Shown piece by piece: positions 11,337 through 21,479 of a stretch of DNA of 64,000 nt. A model generated the notes under the pieces. That model saw nothing but the letters and a program-made list of their open reading frames with translations, ran no database searches and was not told the origin of the DNA. The stretch comes from Nannocystis pusilla (GTDB taxonomy: Bacteria > Myxococcota_A > Polyangia > Nannocystales > Nannocystaceae). The stretch covers positions 273,694-337,693 of the forward strand of contig NZ_JAIRAU010000002.1 of assembly GCF_020073745.1 (NCBI RefSeq), read 5' to 3'. Position numbers and translations under genes: made by a program. Position 1 is the stretch's first letter; the number at the start of each line of letters is the position of its first letter.

Positions 11337-12065
11337 TCAGCGCTCCTTGATGTGGGTGCCGTCGAAGGTGTGGTCGTTGCCGATGGCCTTGCTGACGACG
11401 TCGCGGTGGGCGCTGACGTCCCAGCCGAGACGCGCGAGGCCGGTGAGGATCCGGGTGCGGAGGCGCAGCGAGTCCTCCGCGGGGTTGCCGAGGCGGGCGA
11501 TCAGCGGGCCGAGCGAGCGCGGCTCGGCGATGTCGAGCAGCGCCTCGACGGCGAAGAAGCGCACGCCCTCGTCGGGGTCCTCGAGGTAGCCGGCGAGGAT
11601 GTCGGGGACCCGCTCGTCGTCGATCTCCTGCAGGTGCGTGAGCAGCTGCAGCTTGGCGCTCGGGTCGCGCTCGTAGCCCGGCGGGTGGTGGGCCAGCAGG
11701 GCGTCGAGGATGTCCCACTCCTGCTGCTTGCTCGCCAGCTCCTCGACCACGCGCAAGACCCACGCGATGTTGTCGCTCTGCAGGCAGAACTCCTTGGCGG
11801 CGGGCAGCACGGTGTCGACCGGGAGGCCGAGCAGGCGCTTGTAGAGCCAGCCCTTCTCCTCCTCGTCCTCGATCGACTTGCTGGCGTTCATCGTGAACCG
11901 CTTCATCAGGCCGACGATCGCCGGGATCTCCGCCAGCTCGAGCAGCTGTTCCATCGCGTAGTAGCGGTCGGCCGACTGCGCGTACTGGTTCTGGACGGTC
12001 TTGATGTGCTTGTCGAGCTTGCTCTTGCTGCGGCCCGCGCTGCTGAAGAGGTCCTTGAATCCCAC
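11337..12065 (-). CDS. Hypothetical helical-repeat (HEAT-like) protein, co-oriented with carB
   Basis: 242 aa predicted all-alpha protein. Its stop is 4 bp from the carB start. Good GC3. Confidence 0.5.
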   Translation of the reverse strand: MGFKDLFSSAGRSKSKLDKHIKTVQNQYAQSADRYYAMEQLLELAEIPAIVGLMKRFTMNASKSIEDEEEKGWLYKRLLGLPVDTVLPAAKEFCLQSDNIAWVLRVVEELASKQQEWDILDALLAHHPPGYERDPSAKLQLLTHLQEIDDERVPDILAGYLEDPDEGVRFFAVEALLDIAEPRSLGPLIARLGNPAEDSLRLRTRILTGLARLGWDVSAHRDVVSKAIGNDHTFDGTHIKER

Positions 12066-12223
12066 GATCGTCCCCGTGTCGCTGTGGGGCCCGCGGGCCC
12101 GCTGGTGATGGCCCGGTCGGGCCGCATGGCAAGAGCCCCGGGAGGGGCTCCATCAGATCCGGCCGGAAGCGGCCGCGCGCAAGTGGCCCGTACGGGCGTG
12201 AAGGTAAATTCAAGCGGGCCGAC

Positions 12224-12622
12224 TCACGTGGATGCGTCGGCCGCGGAGTTGTCGCTGTCGGTGTCGGTGGAGGTTGTCCCGGCCGAGGAGGTTGCGCCCG
12301 TGTCGCCGGTGGTGTCGGTGCCGCCGCCGCTGCTGCCGCCGCTCGTCGTCGCGTCCTCGGTGGTCGGGTCGGGCGGGGTCGGCGGGCTGGTGAGCTGGGT
12401 GCCGCCGAGCTTGCACTCGCCGAGCGCGTCGTCGTCGGGGGTGTCGTCGCGGTGGCAGCAGCCGTCGATCCGGCACTCGTAGCCGTCAGGGCACTCGGGC
12501 GCGTCGTCGGGGTCGCAGGCGAATTGCACCGGATCGGCCGGGGGGTTGAAGCAGGCGCCGGCGAACATCACGGCCGGCCCGAGCAGCAGGGCGCGCGACA
12601 GGGTGTTTGCGACATGGCGCAT
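12224..12622 (-). CDS. Small Cys-rich lipoprotein with a Thr/Ser/Gly-rich tail
   Basis: Signal/lipobox LLLGPAVMFAGAC. Cys-rich segment CDPDDAPECPDGYECRIDGCCH. T/S-rich tail. The start could instead be the upstream ATG at 12643. Confidence 0.55.
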   Translation of the reverse strand: MRHVANTLSRALLLGPAVMFAGACFNPPADPVQFACDPDDAPECPDGYECRIDGCCHRDDTPDDDALGECKLGGTQLTSPPTPPDPTTEDATTSGGSSGGGTDTTGDTGATSSAGTTSTDTDSDNSAADAST

Positions 12623-12643
12623 GGGTCCTGTTCCTCGGGACAT

Positions 12644-13363
12644 CTAGAAGCGCACCTGCAGGCCGCCGGCGCCGGCCGTCACGCGGGCGGGTCGGCGCTT
12701 GACGCGGTCGGCGATGAACAGGCCGATGCCGACGGCGAGGGCGACGCCGCCGGCGGCGAGGAAGCTCTGGGCGAGGATGGCGTCGCGGCGGCCGCGGGCG
12801 AGGATGGCGTCGTATTCGCCCTTGACGTCGGCGAACTGCAGCGAGCTGCCGGTCTCGGGGTCGAGCTGGGAGACGAGGCGGAGGGCCTTGTCCTCCTCGG
12901 TCTCGGCCAGGCCGGCGAACACGCCGCCGGTGGAGGCGAGGGCGAAGCCGGCGAACACGGCCCACCAGCCGCCGCGCTGCAGCGGCGGCAGGCGCTCCGG
13001 GACGCCCTCGACCGGCTTGTCGCGCAGGGCGGTGCCCTCGAGCTCGGCCTTGGCCCGCTTGGCCTCGGGATCGGTGGTGGCGACGGTCGAGCCGAGACCT
13101 GCGCTCTGGGACACGTTGTTCGGCGGGGCCACGAGCTCGGCCTGCGGGGCCTCCGGCGGGGCGGTCGGCGGCTGGTCGGCGGGGCCGGGATCGTTGTCGT
13201 CCGCGGGCTTGGCGGGCGGGGGATCTTGGTTGGCGGGGGCCGGGGCAGGGGCAGGCCCGGGCTGCGGGCTCTGGGCGCGCACGGGCAGCGGTGCGCCGGC
13301 GACGGCGACGACGGCGACGAGGCCGAACGCTCGCGCTGGCAGGGTAGTGAGTCGTGCGCCCAT
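12644..13363 (-). CDS. Secreted Pro-rich protein with a C-terminal hydrophobic segment
   Basis: Signal peptide MGARLTTLPARAFGLVAVVAVAGAPLPVRAQ. PAPAPAPA linker. Ends ...GGLQVRF. Confidence 0.5.
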   Translation of the reverse strand: MGARLTTLPARAFGLVAVVAVAGAPLPVRAQSPQPGPAPAPAPANQDPPPAKPADDNDPGPADQPPTAPPEAPQAELVAPPNNVSQSAGLGSTVATTDPEAKRAKAELEGTALRDKPVEGVPERLPPLQRGGWWAVFAGFALASTGGVFAGLAETEEDKALRLVSQLDPETGSSLQFADVKGEYDAILARGRRDAILAQSFLAAGGVALAVGIGLFIADRVKRRPARVTAGAGGLQVRF

Positions 13364-13508
13364 CGCCGGGCGGGATTGTAGTCAGGTCGCTCGCGCGACG
13401 CTCGTGCGTTTCCGGCGCTCGCGTGCGCGACGAACGTGTGACTTTTGCCACCGCCAGGGGCCGGTCGAATCGCGTCGGATCCGGTGTTGTGCTGGCCAGG
13501 ATCCCCGC

Positions 13509-14015
13509 ATGGCTCGCCTCGTCGCCGCGCTCCTGCTCGCGCTCGCTGGTGGTTGCGAGCGCAGCGGCAGCTCTGGCGAGGCGGTCGACATCACGGCGCC
13601 GCGGCCCGAGGTCTACCCCGAGGGCGCGAGCGACTTCACCGGCGAGTGGGTCGGCGAGAGCGCGGGCATCTTCGGGACGCTGAGCATCCAGCGGCTGGCG
13701 AGCGATCGCTACTACGGCCGCTTCACCAGCGAGGACGGGCTGACCCGCTTCGTCGTCAACCTGCGCCAGGACCGGGCGACGCCGGCCGCGGGGGGGGCAA
13801 TGGAGCCCGGCAACCTGGTGCGGTTCACCTGGCAGGACGGCCGCGGCGGGCGGGGCGAGGGCTGGGTGCTGATCAACCGCGAGAACTCGGCGCTGTCCGG
13901 CGAGATCCGCTACGGCGGGCTGGGGGCGTGGGACTTCGTCCGCACCGACGCGCCCGACTTCGGGGTGCCCGGGGAGGCGCCCGGCGAGCGGGACGACGGG
14001 CGGGCGACGAGTTAG
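13509..14015 (+). CDS. Lipoprotein, hypothetical
   Basis: Start MARLVAALLLALAGGC has a lipobox; 168 aa. The upstream in-frame part of ORF 12699..14015 is antisense to the neighbouring gene. Confidence 0.55.
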   Translation: MARLVAALLLALAGGCERSGSSGEAVDITAPRPEVYPEGASDFTGEWVGESAGIFGTLSIQRLASDRYYGRFTSEDGLTRFVVNLRQDRATPAAGGAMEPGNLVRFTWQDGRGGRGEGWVLINRENSALSGEIRYGGLGAWDFVRTDAPDFGVPGEAPGERDDGRATS

Positions 14016-14089
14016 TGCCGCGAGCGTCTCGCCCACGTGCGCGGGGGCGGGGTGTCGGATCTCGGGGCCCTCGGCGGTGATGCGCCCGC

Positions 14090-14235
14090 ACGCGACCTCC
14101 GGGACAGGTGGCGAGGCGGGGCGCCGGTCGGGGCGCTGGTCAGTCCCGCGGGACATGTTCCAGGGGGCATGCGCATGAGGGCATGCCGGCATGAACATGC
14201 TCCCGCGGACAGGACCTTGGAGACATGCCCGAACG
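14090..14235. repeat. REP-like palindrome cluster between convergent genes
   Basis: gggacaggtgg...gggacatgttccagggggcatgcgcatgagggcatgccggcatgaacatgctcccgcggacagg...ggagacatgccc. Confidence 0.65.
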
Positions 14236-14236
14236 G

Positions 14237-15499
14237 TCAGGTGGAGCGCGGGGTCGGGCGCGGGAGGAGGCGGTGCTGGGTGAAGCAGAGGCCCCAGCCC
14301 TGCGGCTCGTCGGGCGGGCGGGCGCCGACGAGCCGCGGACCGTCGCTCGTGCGGGTCGGGCGTTCGCTGCCGCCCGCGGCGTGGACGCGCACGAGGGCGA
14401 TGTCGAGGTGGCCGCGGCCGTCCATGTCGAGCGGGAGCTCGGCGACGGTCTCGGCCTCGAGCGCGAGCGGGCCGCCGGGGGCCTCGATCGCCAGGCCGGT
14501 GCGGGCGGGGGCGCGGCCGGGGCGGCGCTCCTGGGTGACGCCGAGGTCGCGGAGCGGGACGACGCCGCCGGGGCGCTGGACGAAGCCGCCGGACAGGTTG
14601 ACCCACGGGAAGCGGGCGGTGTGCACGTAGGTCCGCAGCGGGCCGAGGGTCAAGAAGCACTGCATGGCGGCGTCGCTGGCGCCCCAGTCGCGCACGCCCC
14701 AGTTGTGGACGCGCAGGGCGGCGCCGCCGAAGGCCCGCAGGTCGCGGCCGAGCGTGATGGTGCCGTGGAGATCGCCGGCCTGGACGTAGCCGCGGAGCGG
14801 GTGGCGCCGCACGGCCCGCAGCAGGCGCGTGTCCCATTCGGCGGCGCCGAGCTGGCGGGCGACGAGGTCGGGGTCGTCGTCGGTGCCGGGGACGAACGGC
14901 AGCAGGCCGGCGAGGAAGGTGAGGTCGAGGCGGGCCTCGATCGACTCGGCGGGCGCGTCGCCGGCGGGGCGCAGCGGCCGCCCGCGGGGGTCGTGGACGT
15001 GGAGGGCGCCGCGGTAGCGCAGGGTCCAGGTGCGCAGCGGCTCGACGCAGTCGAAGGTGAGGCCGCCGACCGACCAGCCGCGCTCGCCGTCGCCGCGCAG
15101 CAGGGCCTGGCCGCCGGGGAGGCTGTAGATCGCGGTGGGCGTGAAGAGGGTGAGCCAGACGCGGTGGGCGTCGCGGCCCGGCAGCCACTCGATCCGCGCG
15201 AGCACGCCGAGCTCGGGCTGGACGGCGGTGAACACGAACTCCTCGGCGAAGTGCGGCCGGCCGTCCCAGGCGTGACGCGCCTCGTCCTGCGGGCGCGGCC
15301 ACTCGCTCGCCGGCCGGCGCAGGACGGCCCAGCGCGCGATCGCGGCCTTGACCCCGCGGCGCAGCAGGCCCGACAGGCCGGGCGTCGCGGCGCCGGCCAG
15401 CTCGGCGGCGGTCGGGCCGGGCTCGCGCGCGGGCTCGACGTGCGGGTGGAGCGGCCGCGGTCCGCGGGAGTCTTCGGAGTGGGGGTCGCGTCCGGACAT
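14237..15499 (-). CDS. Hypothetical protein (~420 aa); the N-terminus may start at a later codon
   Basis: Long ORF with high GC3 and no recognisable motif. Both ends are flanked by palindromic elements. Confidence 0.45.
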   Translation of the reverse strand: MSGRDPHSEDSRGPRPLHPHVEPAREPGPTAAELAGAATPGLSGLLRRGVKAAIARWAVLRRPASEWPRPQDEARHAWDGRPHFAEEFVFTAVQPELGVLARIEWLPGRDAHRVWLTLFTPTAIYSLPGGQALLRGDGERGWSVGGLTFDCVEPLRTWTLRYRGALHVHDPRGRPLRPAGDAPAESIEARLDLTFLAGLLPFVPGTDDDPDLVARQLGAAEWDTRLLRAVRRHPLRGYVQAGDLHGTITLGRDLRAFGGAALRVHNWGVRDWGASDAAMQCFLTLGPLRTYVHTARFPWVNLSGGFVQRPGGVVPLRDLGVTQERRPGRAPARTGLAIEAPGGPLALEAETVAELPLDMDGRGHLDIALVRVHAAGGSERPTRTSDGPRLVGARPPDEPQGWGLCFTQHRLLPRPTPRST

Positions 15500-15665
15500 C
15501 GGCCGAGGAAGGCCGGCATCGTATCATCCGCGCGCAGAGTCGGCCACCGGCCGGCGCCGGCGCGGACGGCCGATCGCCGTCCCCAACCCCCGTCACGGGC
15601 GCGGCCCTCGGCTCGCCCTTGTGCCGGCGGGCCGCCGCGTGATACCTCCGACGACGGAGGTCTCT

Positions 15666-16454
15666 GTGGTCCGTCTCGCCGCTTGCGCCCTGACCGTCGT
15701 CCTGACCGCTGTTTCGGTTCTCGCGCCCGCGTGCAACAACACGCCGGCGGTCGACCCCGCCGAGCAGGCGGCCCAGATCAAGAAAGACCTCGCCAACGCG
15801 GCCGCCCGCGTCAACGACGAGAAGTGGGAGGAGGCCAGGGCGATGCTGAAGCGCGTGCTCGAGGCCGAGCCCGCCAACACCGAGGCGCTCGCGCTGCAGG
15901 CCAAGGTGAGCCTGTTCGCCGACAAGGACGCGGCCAAGGCGCTCGAGCTCGTCGACCAGGCGATCGCGGCCAAGGCCGACGTCCCCGACTACCACGCGAC
16001 GCGGGCGTCCGCGCTCGAGAAGAGCGGCAAGGACGCCGACGCGGCCGCCGCGTGGGGCAAGGCCTCGCAGCTCGACCCCGACAACGGCAACTACGGGCTC
16101 CACCAGGGCCAGGCGCTGCGCCGCGCCAAGCAGCTCGAGCAGGCCGAGGGGGTGTTCCGCGAGGTCATCAAGAACGACGAGGCGGTCAAGTTCGTGTACA
16201 GCGAGCTCGGCGACGTGCTCCGCGAGCAGGGCAAGCTCGACGAGGCGCTCACGACCTACGCCAAGGCGATGATCAAGTACCAGGGCGACAAGACCGCCCA
16301 CGCCGGCGCCGCCCAGGTCTACGAGGCCAAGGGCGAGACGCAGAAGGCGATCGACGAGTGGTCGACGTACATCCGCATGGACTGCTGCTCGGAGTTCAGC
16401 AACAACGTCGCCAAGAAGCGGATCGCCGAGCTGCAGCAGGGCCGCGCCGGCTGA
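15666..16454 (+). CDS. TPR-repeat lipoprotein
   Basis: GTG start preceded by a ggagg RBS. Lipobox VLAPAC. TPR-like repeats (AEPANTEALALQAKV..., AWGKASQLDPDNGNYGLHQGQAL...). Confidence 0.7.
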   Translation: MVRLAACALTVVLTAVSVLAPACNNTPAVDPAEQAAQIKKDLANAAARVNDEKWEEARAMLKRVLEAEPANTEALALQAKVSLFADKDAAKALELVDQAIAAKADVPDYHATRASALEKSGKDADAAAAWGKASQLDPDNGNYGLHQGQALRRAKQLEQAEGVFREVIKNDEAVKFVYSELGDVLREQGKLDEALTTYAKAMIKYQGDKTAHAGAAQVYEAKGETQKAIDEWSTYIRMDCCSEFSNNVAKKRIAELQQGRAG

Positions 16455-16499
16455 GGCCGCGGTTCGTGCGTGAAGGATGACGGCTGCCCCGAGGGGCAG

Positions 16500-16580
16500 C
16501 CGGGCGGCGCGCGAAGGCTGTCCCGAAGGACAGGTGAGAGGCGACTGTCTTTGCGGACATGTGAGATGTCCGCAGAGACA
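16500..16580. repeat. REP-like palindromes between convergent genes, including gcggacat-gtgag-atgtccgc
   Basis: gaaggacaggtgagaggcgactgtctttgcggacatgtgagatgtccgcagagacagc. Confidence 0.65.
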
Positions 16581-16581
16581 G

Positions 16582-17703
16582 CTAGGCGCCGGGGGCGAGC
16601 TCGGGGCCGGCGATGGCGGCCAGGCTCTCGCGCAGGTAGCGGACGGCGAGCTCGACGGTCTGCTTGCCGCCGTCGCGGGCGAGCGGCGGGGCGACCTCGA
16701 CGACGTCGGCGGCGCACAGGCCGATCTCGCGGCCGAGCGCGCGGATCAGGTCGACGACGAAATCGGGCTCGAGGCCGTCGGGCTCGGGGGTGCCGGCGGC
16801 GTCGGCCCAGATCGAGTCGGTGCCGTCGATGTCGTTGGAGAAGTAGACCGAGCCGACGTCGAGCGCCTTGAGGTGGGCGACGATCGCCCGGATCGTGCCG
16901 GCCGGATCGGCCTTGACCTCGTCGGCCCAGAACTGACGCACGCCGAGGCCCTGCTCCCAGTGGCCGCGGTCGTACCGCGAGGCGCGCACGCCGACCTGGA
17001 CCAGGCGACCGTCGCGGCCGAGCAGCTCGTTGGCGTGGTACGACCAGGTGGCGAAGCAGATCTTGATGCCGAGCCGCTCGGGCAGCAGGTCGGTGTGGGC
17101 GTCGGGCTGGACGATGGCCCAGCGATCGCGCCGGTGACGGGCGAGGTTGGCGGCGACCGGCCAGGCGTTGGAGTGATCGCCGCCGAGGACGACCGGGACC
17201 ACGCGCGGGTTGAGCCGATAGACGAGGTCGAGCGCGCGCTCGGCGATCGACAGCGGCGAGACGGGCAGGTTCGCGGCTGTCTCTTCGGGCAGGTGGCCGT
17301 AGAGCGCGCGCCGGCTGGCCGCCAGCTGGGCGACGCTCAGCATGTCGTCGTGGAGCAGCTGCGGGATGACGAAGACGTCGCCGATGTCGACCACGCCGGC
17401 GGCGGCGGCCCGCGCCGGCCAGTCGCCGTCGCTGGCCAGGAGCGCGGTGCGGATCGCCTGCGGGCCGACGTTGGCGCCGCGCAGGAAGCCGGCGCCGACG
17501 TCGGACGGACAGCCGAGGACGACGACGCGCGCGTCGGCGATGGCCGCGAGGTTGCGCCGGAACGCCGCGTCGACGCCCGCCTCGTCGGTGACGCCGTAGA
17601 GCCGGCGCTGCATCGCCAGCTGGTCGGCCCGCCCGGTCGACACGAGGAAGAGCCCGCCGCCGGCCGGGCGGAGCAACGCCGCGAGTTCGTCGAGTGGGGA
17701 CAT
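16582..17703 (-). CDS. Arginase/agmatinase/formiminoglutamase-family hydrolase
   Basis: Arginase-fold signatures GGDHS, DAHTD and SNDIDGTD. Confidence 0.8.
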   Translation of the reverse strand: MSPLDELAALLRPAGGGLFLVSTGRADQLAMQRRLYGVTDEAGVDAAFRRNLAAIADARVVVLGCPSDVGAGFLRGANVGPQAIRTALLASDGDWPARAAAAGVVDIGDVFVIPQLLHDDMLSVAQLAASRRALYGHLPEETAANLPVSPLSIAERALDLVYRLNPRVVPVVLGGDHSNAWPVAANLARHRRDRWAIVQPDAHTDLLPERLGIKICFATWSYHANELLGRDGRLVQVGVRASRYDRGHWEQGLGVRQFWADEVKADPAGTIRAIVAHLKALDVGSVYFSNDIDGTDSIWADAAGTPEPDGLEPDFVVDLIRALGREIGLCAADVVEVAPPLARDGGKQTVELAVRYLRESLAAIAGPELAPGA

Positions 17704-18173
17704 GGGCCAAGGCTAGTCCCGGGCGCGGCGAATTTCGAGGGCGCACGGGTCGCGGCGATCGCCGCATGGCACAGCTCGGGCCGGTGGACCGGCGAGTTCG
17801 CGTCGAGGACCGAGGCTCGCACGCGCCGCTGCGAGGGGTGATCTTCGTCTCGTCGGGCACAGCAGCGGGGACTCGCGCGCGAGTTCAGGAGATGCGGGTC
17901 GCGAACCGGAAGGCGCGCGGCGCCACGAGGGAGGATCGCGGCCGGCGACCGGCAGCGGGCGGGGGTGAGGGGGAGGCAATTGGAGACATGTCCTTTGGGT
18001 CATGCCGCGGCGAGGCGTGCATGTCGCCGGCGGCGAGATTCGGGGGCGCGCTTCGGTGCGACGCGCGGTCGCGGCCGGGAGCGCCGCTCAGAATTCGGCC
18101 GTTGGCGAGAATCGGGCAGTCTTTGGCATTCGCGCCACTTGTCGGCGCGGGGGGCAGGTGCGAGCGTGCGGGC

Positions 18174-18878
18174 ATGACGAGCGAGCTGACGTTCCCCGCG
18201 CCGACCGAACCGTTCACCGTGGCGATGCTGCTGTTCCCGGGCTTCACATTGCTCGACCTGATCGGGCCGCACCAGGTGCTGATCGGGTCGGCGAAGGTGC
18301 ACCTGGTGGCGAAGACGCCGGCGCCGGTTACCAGCGACTCGGGGGTGCAGCTGGTGCCGACCTGCGCGCTGGAGGACTGCCCGCGCGACGTCGACGTGTT
18401 GTTCGTGCCGGGCGGCATGGGCACGTTCGCGGCGATGCAGGACGCCGAGCTGCTGGCGTTCCTGGCCGATCGCGGGGCGCGGGCGGGCCACGTGACGTCG
18501 GTCTGTACGGGCTCGCTGATCCTCGCCGCCGCCGGGCTGCTCGCGGGGTACCGCGCGGCGACTCACTGGTCGACGTACGACGTGCTGGCGGCGCTCGGCG
18601 TCGAGGGGGCGCACGAGCGGGTGGTCGTCGATCGCAACCGCGTGTCCGGCGGCGGGGTCACGGCGGGCATCGACTTCGGCCTGACGCTGCTGGCGCGGCT
18701 GCGGGGCGAGCAGGTGGCGAAGCTGACGCAGCTGTTGCTGGAGTACGGCCCGACGCCGCCGTTCTGCGCCGGCACGCCGGAGCAGGCGGGGCCCGAGTTG
18801 ACGGCGCAGGCGCAGGCGCTGCTCGCCGGGCTGGGGCGGCCGCCCCAGGAGGCGAGGGCGGCGCGAGCAGGAGGTTGA
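18174..18878 (+). CDS. DJ-1/PfpI family protein
   Basis: Nucleophile-elbow Cys in VCTGSLILAAAGLL; ~234 aa. Confidence 0.8.
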   Translation: MTSELTFPAPTEPFTVAMLLFPGFTLLDLIGPHQVLIGSAKVHLVAKTPAPVTSDSGVQLVPTCALEDCPRDVDVLFVPGGMGTFAAMQDAELLAFLADRGARAGHVTSVCTGSLILAAAGLLAGYRAATHWSTYDVLAALGVEGAHERVVVDRNRVSGGGVTAGIDFGLTLLARLRGEQVAKLTQLLLEYGPTPPFCAGTPEQAGPELTAQAQALLAGLGRPPQEARAARAGG

Positions 18879-18880
18879 CG

Positions 18881-19840
18881 ATGCGTCCGCACGTGGTCGC
18901 GGTGCTGGCGTTGCCGCGGGTGGTGGCGAGCGATCTGGCCACCCCGTGCGAGCTGTTCGGGCACGCCGAGGTGCCGGGGTGCCGGCAGCCGTACGAGGTG
19001 CGGGTGTGCGGCGAGGGCCGGCGCGTCGACGCGGGGGCGTTCGACGTCTCGCTGCGCTGGGACCTGTCGGCGCTGGCAAAGGCGCAGACGGTGATCGTGC
19101 CGGGGCTTCGCGCGCCGATGCAGCCGATCGCGCCGGCGGTGCTGGCGGCGTTGCGAGCGGCGGCGCGGCGGCGGGTCCGGATCGCGTCGATCTGCACCGG
19201 GGCGTTCGTGCTGGCGCAGGCGGGGCTGCTCGACGGGCTGCGGGCGACGACGCACTGGGTCGCGGCGAAGTTGCTGGCCGAGCAGTTCCCGGCGGTGACC
19301 GTCGATCCGAACGTGCTCTACGTCGACGACGGCCAGATCCTGACGTCGGCCGGGGCGGCGGCGGGGCTCGACCTGTGCCTGCACATGCTGCGCAACGACC
19401 ACGGGGCGGCGGTGGCGGCCCACGCGGCGCGGCTCGCGGTGGCGCCGCTCGAGCGCAGCGGGGGGCAGGCGCAGTTCATCGTCCACGAGCCGCCGACGGC
19501 GACGAGCAGCCTGGCGCCGCTGCTCGAGTGGATGACGGCGCACCTGCGCGAGGACCTCGAGCTGCCGACGCTGGCCCGCAAGGCGCGGATGAGCACGCGG
19601 ACGCTGAGCCGGCGCTTCCGCGAGCAGACCGGGACGACGCCGCTCAAGTGGATCCTCACCGCCCGGATCGCCCGCGCGCAGCAACTGCTCGAGTCGACGT
19701 CGCTGTCGCTCGAGGAGATCGCCGCGCACGCCGGCTTCGCGGCCGCGTCGACGCTGCGCAACCGGTTCGCGCAGGTGATGGGCACCTCGCCGACGAGCTA
19801 CCGCAAGCTGTTCCGCGGGGCAGGCGCGACGGCCGGCTGA
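18881..19840 (+). CDS. GlxA-type AraC family transcriptional regulator (DJ-1/PfpI-like N-domain plus AraC HTH)
   Basis: N-terminal ICTGAFVLAQAGLLDG. C-terminal AraC HTH (RMSTRTLSRRFREQTGTTPLKWI...IAAHAGFAAASTLRNRF). Start is 2 bp after the DJ-1 gene's stop. Confidence 0.85.
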   Translation: MRPHVVAVLALPRVVASDLATPCELFGHAEVPGCRQPYEVRVCGEGRRVDAGAFDVSLRWDLSALAKAQTVIVPGLRAPMQPIAPAVLAALRAAARRRVRIASICTGAFVLAQAGLLDGLRATTHWVAAKLLAEQFPAVTVDPNVLYVDDGQILTSAGAAAGLDLCLHMLRNDHGAAVAAHAARLAVAPLERSGGQAQFIVHEPPTATSSLAPLLEWMTAHLREDLELPTLARKARMSTRTLSRRFREQTGTTPLKWILTARIARAQQLLESTSLSLEEIAAHAGFAAASTLRNRFAQVMGTSPTSYRKLFRGAGATAG

Positions 19841-19842
19841 AT

Positions 19843-19905
19843 CCGGAAGGACATGTCCGATCGGTCCGGCGCGAAGGGACATGCTCCGGGGGGCATGTCC
19901 CACGG
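19843..19905. repeat. REP-like palindromes between convergent genes
   Basis: aaggacatgtccgatcgg...gggacatgc-tccgggggg-gcatgtccc. Confidence 0.7.
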
Positions 19906-19916
19906 TTCAGGCCCCG

Positions 19917-21383
19917 TCAGAAGTTCACGTCGAGGTAGATGTTGGTGAGGAAGATGTTCTGCTTGTAGACGCCGTCGGCGCTGGCCTGCTTGGTGGGCGC
20001 CTGGAACTTGTTGAGGACGTTGCGGCCCTTGGTGTCGACCTTGAAGTAGGCGATGTCGGTGAAGGTCACGCCGAGGTGGAGCCGCTGGTGCAGGCGGAAC
20101 CGGCCGCCGAGCGAGAAGGTCATCTTGTGGGAGTCGAGCAGGGCGGGCTCGATGGTCTGCACGGGGACGGCGCTGCTGTCGAAGCCGACGCCGGCGTACA
20201 GCTCGACCGGGTCGACGACCCAGTAGCTGGCGCCGAAGCGCACGCCGCCGGCCGGCTTCCAGAAGCGCGGGATGTGCTGGGTGACGCCCTTGGTGCCGTC
20301 ACCCTCGGCGCCGAACTCCTCGGGCTTGGTGAGGGCCGTGTCGGCGCCGGCGAAGTCGCACTTGCGACCCTCGATGCTGGCGTCGAGGACGCACTGCTTG
20401 TCCATGACCTTCCAGTTGGTGAAGTCGCCGAACAGGCGCAGCTCGAGCTTGGGCACCGGGCGGACGCGGAAGCCGAGGCGGACGATGTCGGGGAGGCGCT
20501 GCGTGAGCTCGATCGGGGTCGCGTCGGAGACGGGCGCGACGCCGAAGGCGTTGGTGAGCTCGCCCTTGAGCGTCATGTTGCCGGTGATGTTGGGCCGGCT
20601 GGTGTACGAGGCGCCGATCCACAGCTTGTCGCGCCAGTTCCAGATCGCGCCGATGCCGAAGCTGCCCTGCCAGCCGGACGCCTTGAGCCAGCTGCGGCCC
20701 TCCTTGAGGGTGCCGTCGGACAGCACGAGGTCGTCGGTGCCGTCGGAGTTGCGGGCGCGGATGGTGTCGATCTCGCTGCGGATGGCGCTGCCCGACAGGC
20801 CGATCGAGAGGCCGATCTTGGCGATGTTGAAGGCGACGGCGCCGGTGATGTACATCGAGCGCAGCTTGCCGTCGATGGTGTGCCAGCGCTGCACGCCGTC
20901 GACCGCGCCCGGGTAGTCCTGGCTGCCGCGGTACTTGTCGTTGGGCTTCCACGTCGACTGGCCGCCGAACGGGAAGTAGACCGCGGCGCCGGCCGAGAAG
21001 AACTTGGTGCCGAAGTCCGAGCTGGCGCCGGCGAACGGGCCGGCGATGAAGTTGGACAGCTTGGCGGTGCCGGCGTTGGCGTCGGTGGCCCCCTCCGGCG
21101 TGCCGGTCATGCTGCTGATGGCCGACTCCGGCCGGTCGTAGCTGACCCAGCGGGCGGCGAAGCTGCCGTCGACGAAGATGCGTGTGCCGGGCTTCAGCGC
21201 GATACCCGCGGGGTTGTAGTAGATCGCGGTGGGGTTGTCCGTGGTCACGTGACCGTGCTCGCCGCCGAATCGCGCGGTGCTGAGGCCGGAGGCCCGGGCC
21301 TCGCGTGCGCCGAGCAGAGCGGCGGTCATCAGGCCACAGGCGAGGAGGGTGCGCGAGCGAGACGCATGGCGGGCGAGCGACAT
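19917..21383 (-). CDS. FadL/OmpP1/TodX-family outer-membrane transport protein
   Basis: Signal peptide. FadL-like N-terminal hatch motif LSTARFGGEHGHVTTDNPTAIYYNPAGIA. Terminal F (...NIYLDVNF). Confidence 0.8.
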   Translation of the reverse strand: MSLARHASRSRTLLACGLMTAALLGAREARASGLSTARFGGEHGHVTTDNPTAIYYNPAGIALKPGTRIFVDGSFAARWVSYDRPESAISSMTGTPEGATDANAGTAKLSNFIAGPFAGASSDFGTKFFSAGAAVYFPFGGQSTWKPNDKYRGSQDYPGAVDGVQRWHTIDGKLRSMYITGAVAFNIAKIGLSIGLSGSAIRSEIDTIRARNSDGTDDLVLSDGTLKEGRSWLKASGWQGSFGIGAIWNWRDKLWIGASYTSRPNITGNMTLKGELTNAFGVAPVSDATPIELTQRLPDIVRLGFRVRPVPKLELRLFGDFTNWKVMDKQCVLDASIEGRKCDFAGADTALTKPEEFGAEGDGTKGVTQHIPRFWKPAGGVRFGASYWVVDPVELYAGVGFDSSAVPVQTIEPALLDSHKMTFSLGGRFRLHQRLHLGVTFTDIAYFKVDTKGRNVLNKFQAPTKQASADGVYKQNIFLTNIYLDVNF

Positions 21384-21479
21384 GAAGAAGACCTCGGACG
21401 GCGACGACAAACCGCCGCCACTTTACACCGAGGCCACTGCTTTACGGCGGACAAAATGCACGGCAGAGTGAGGCGCACG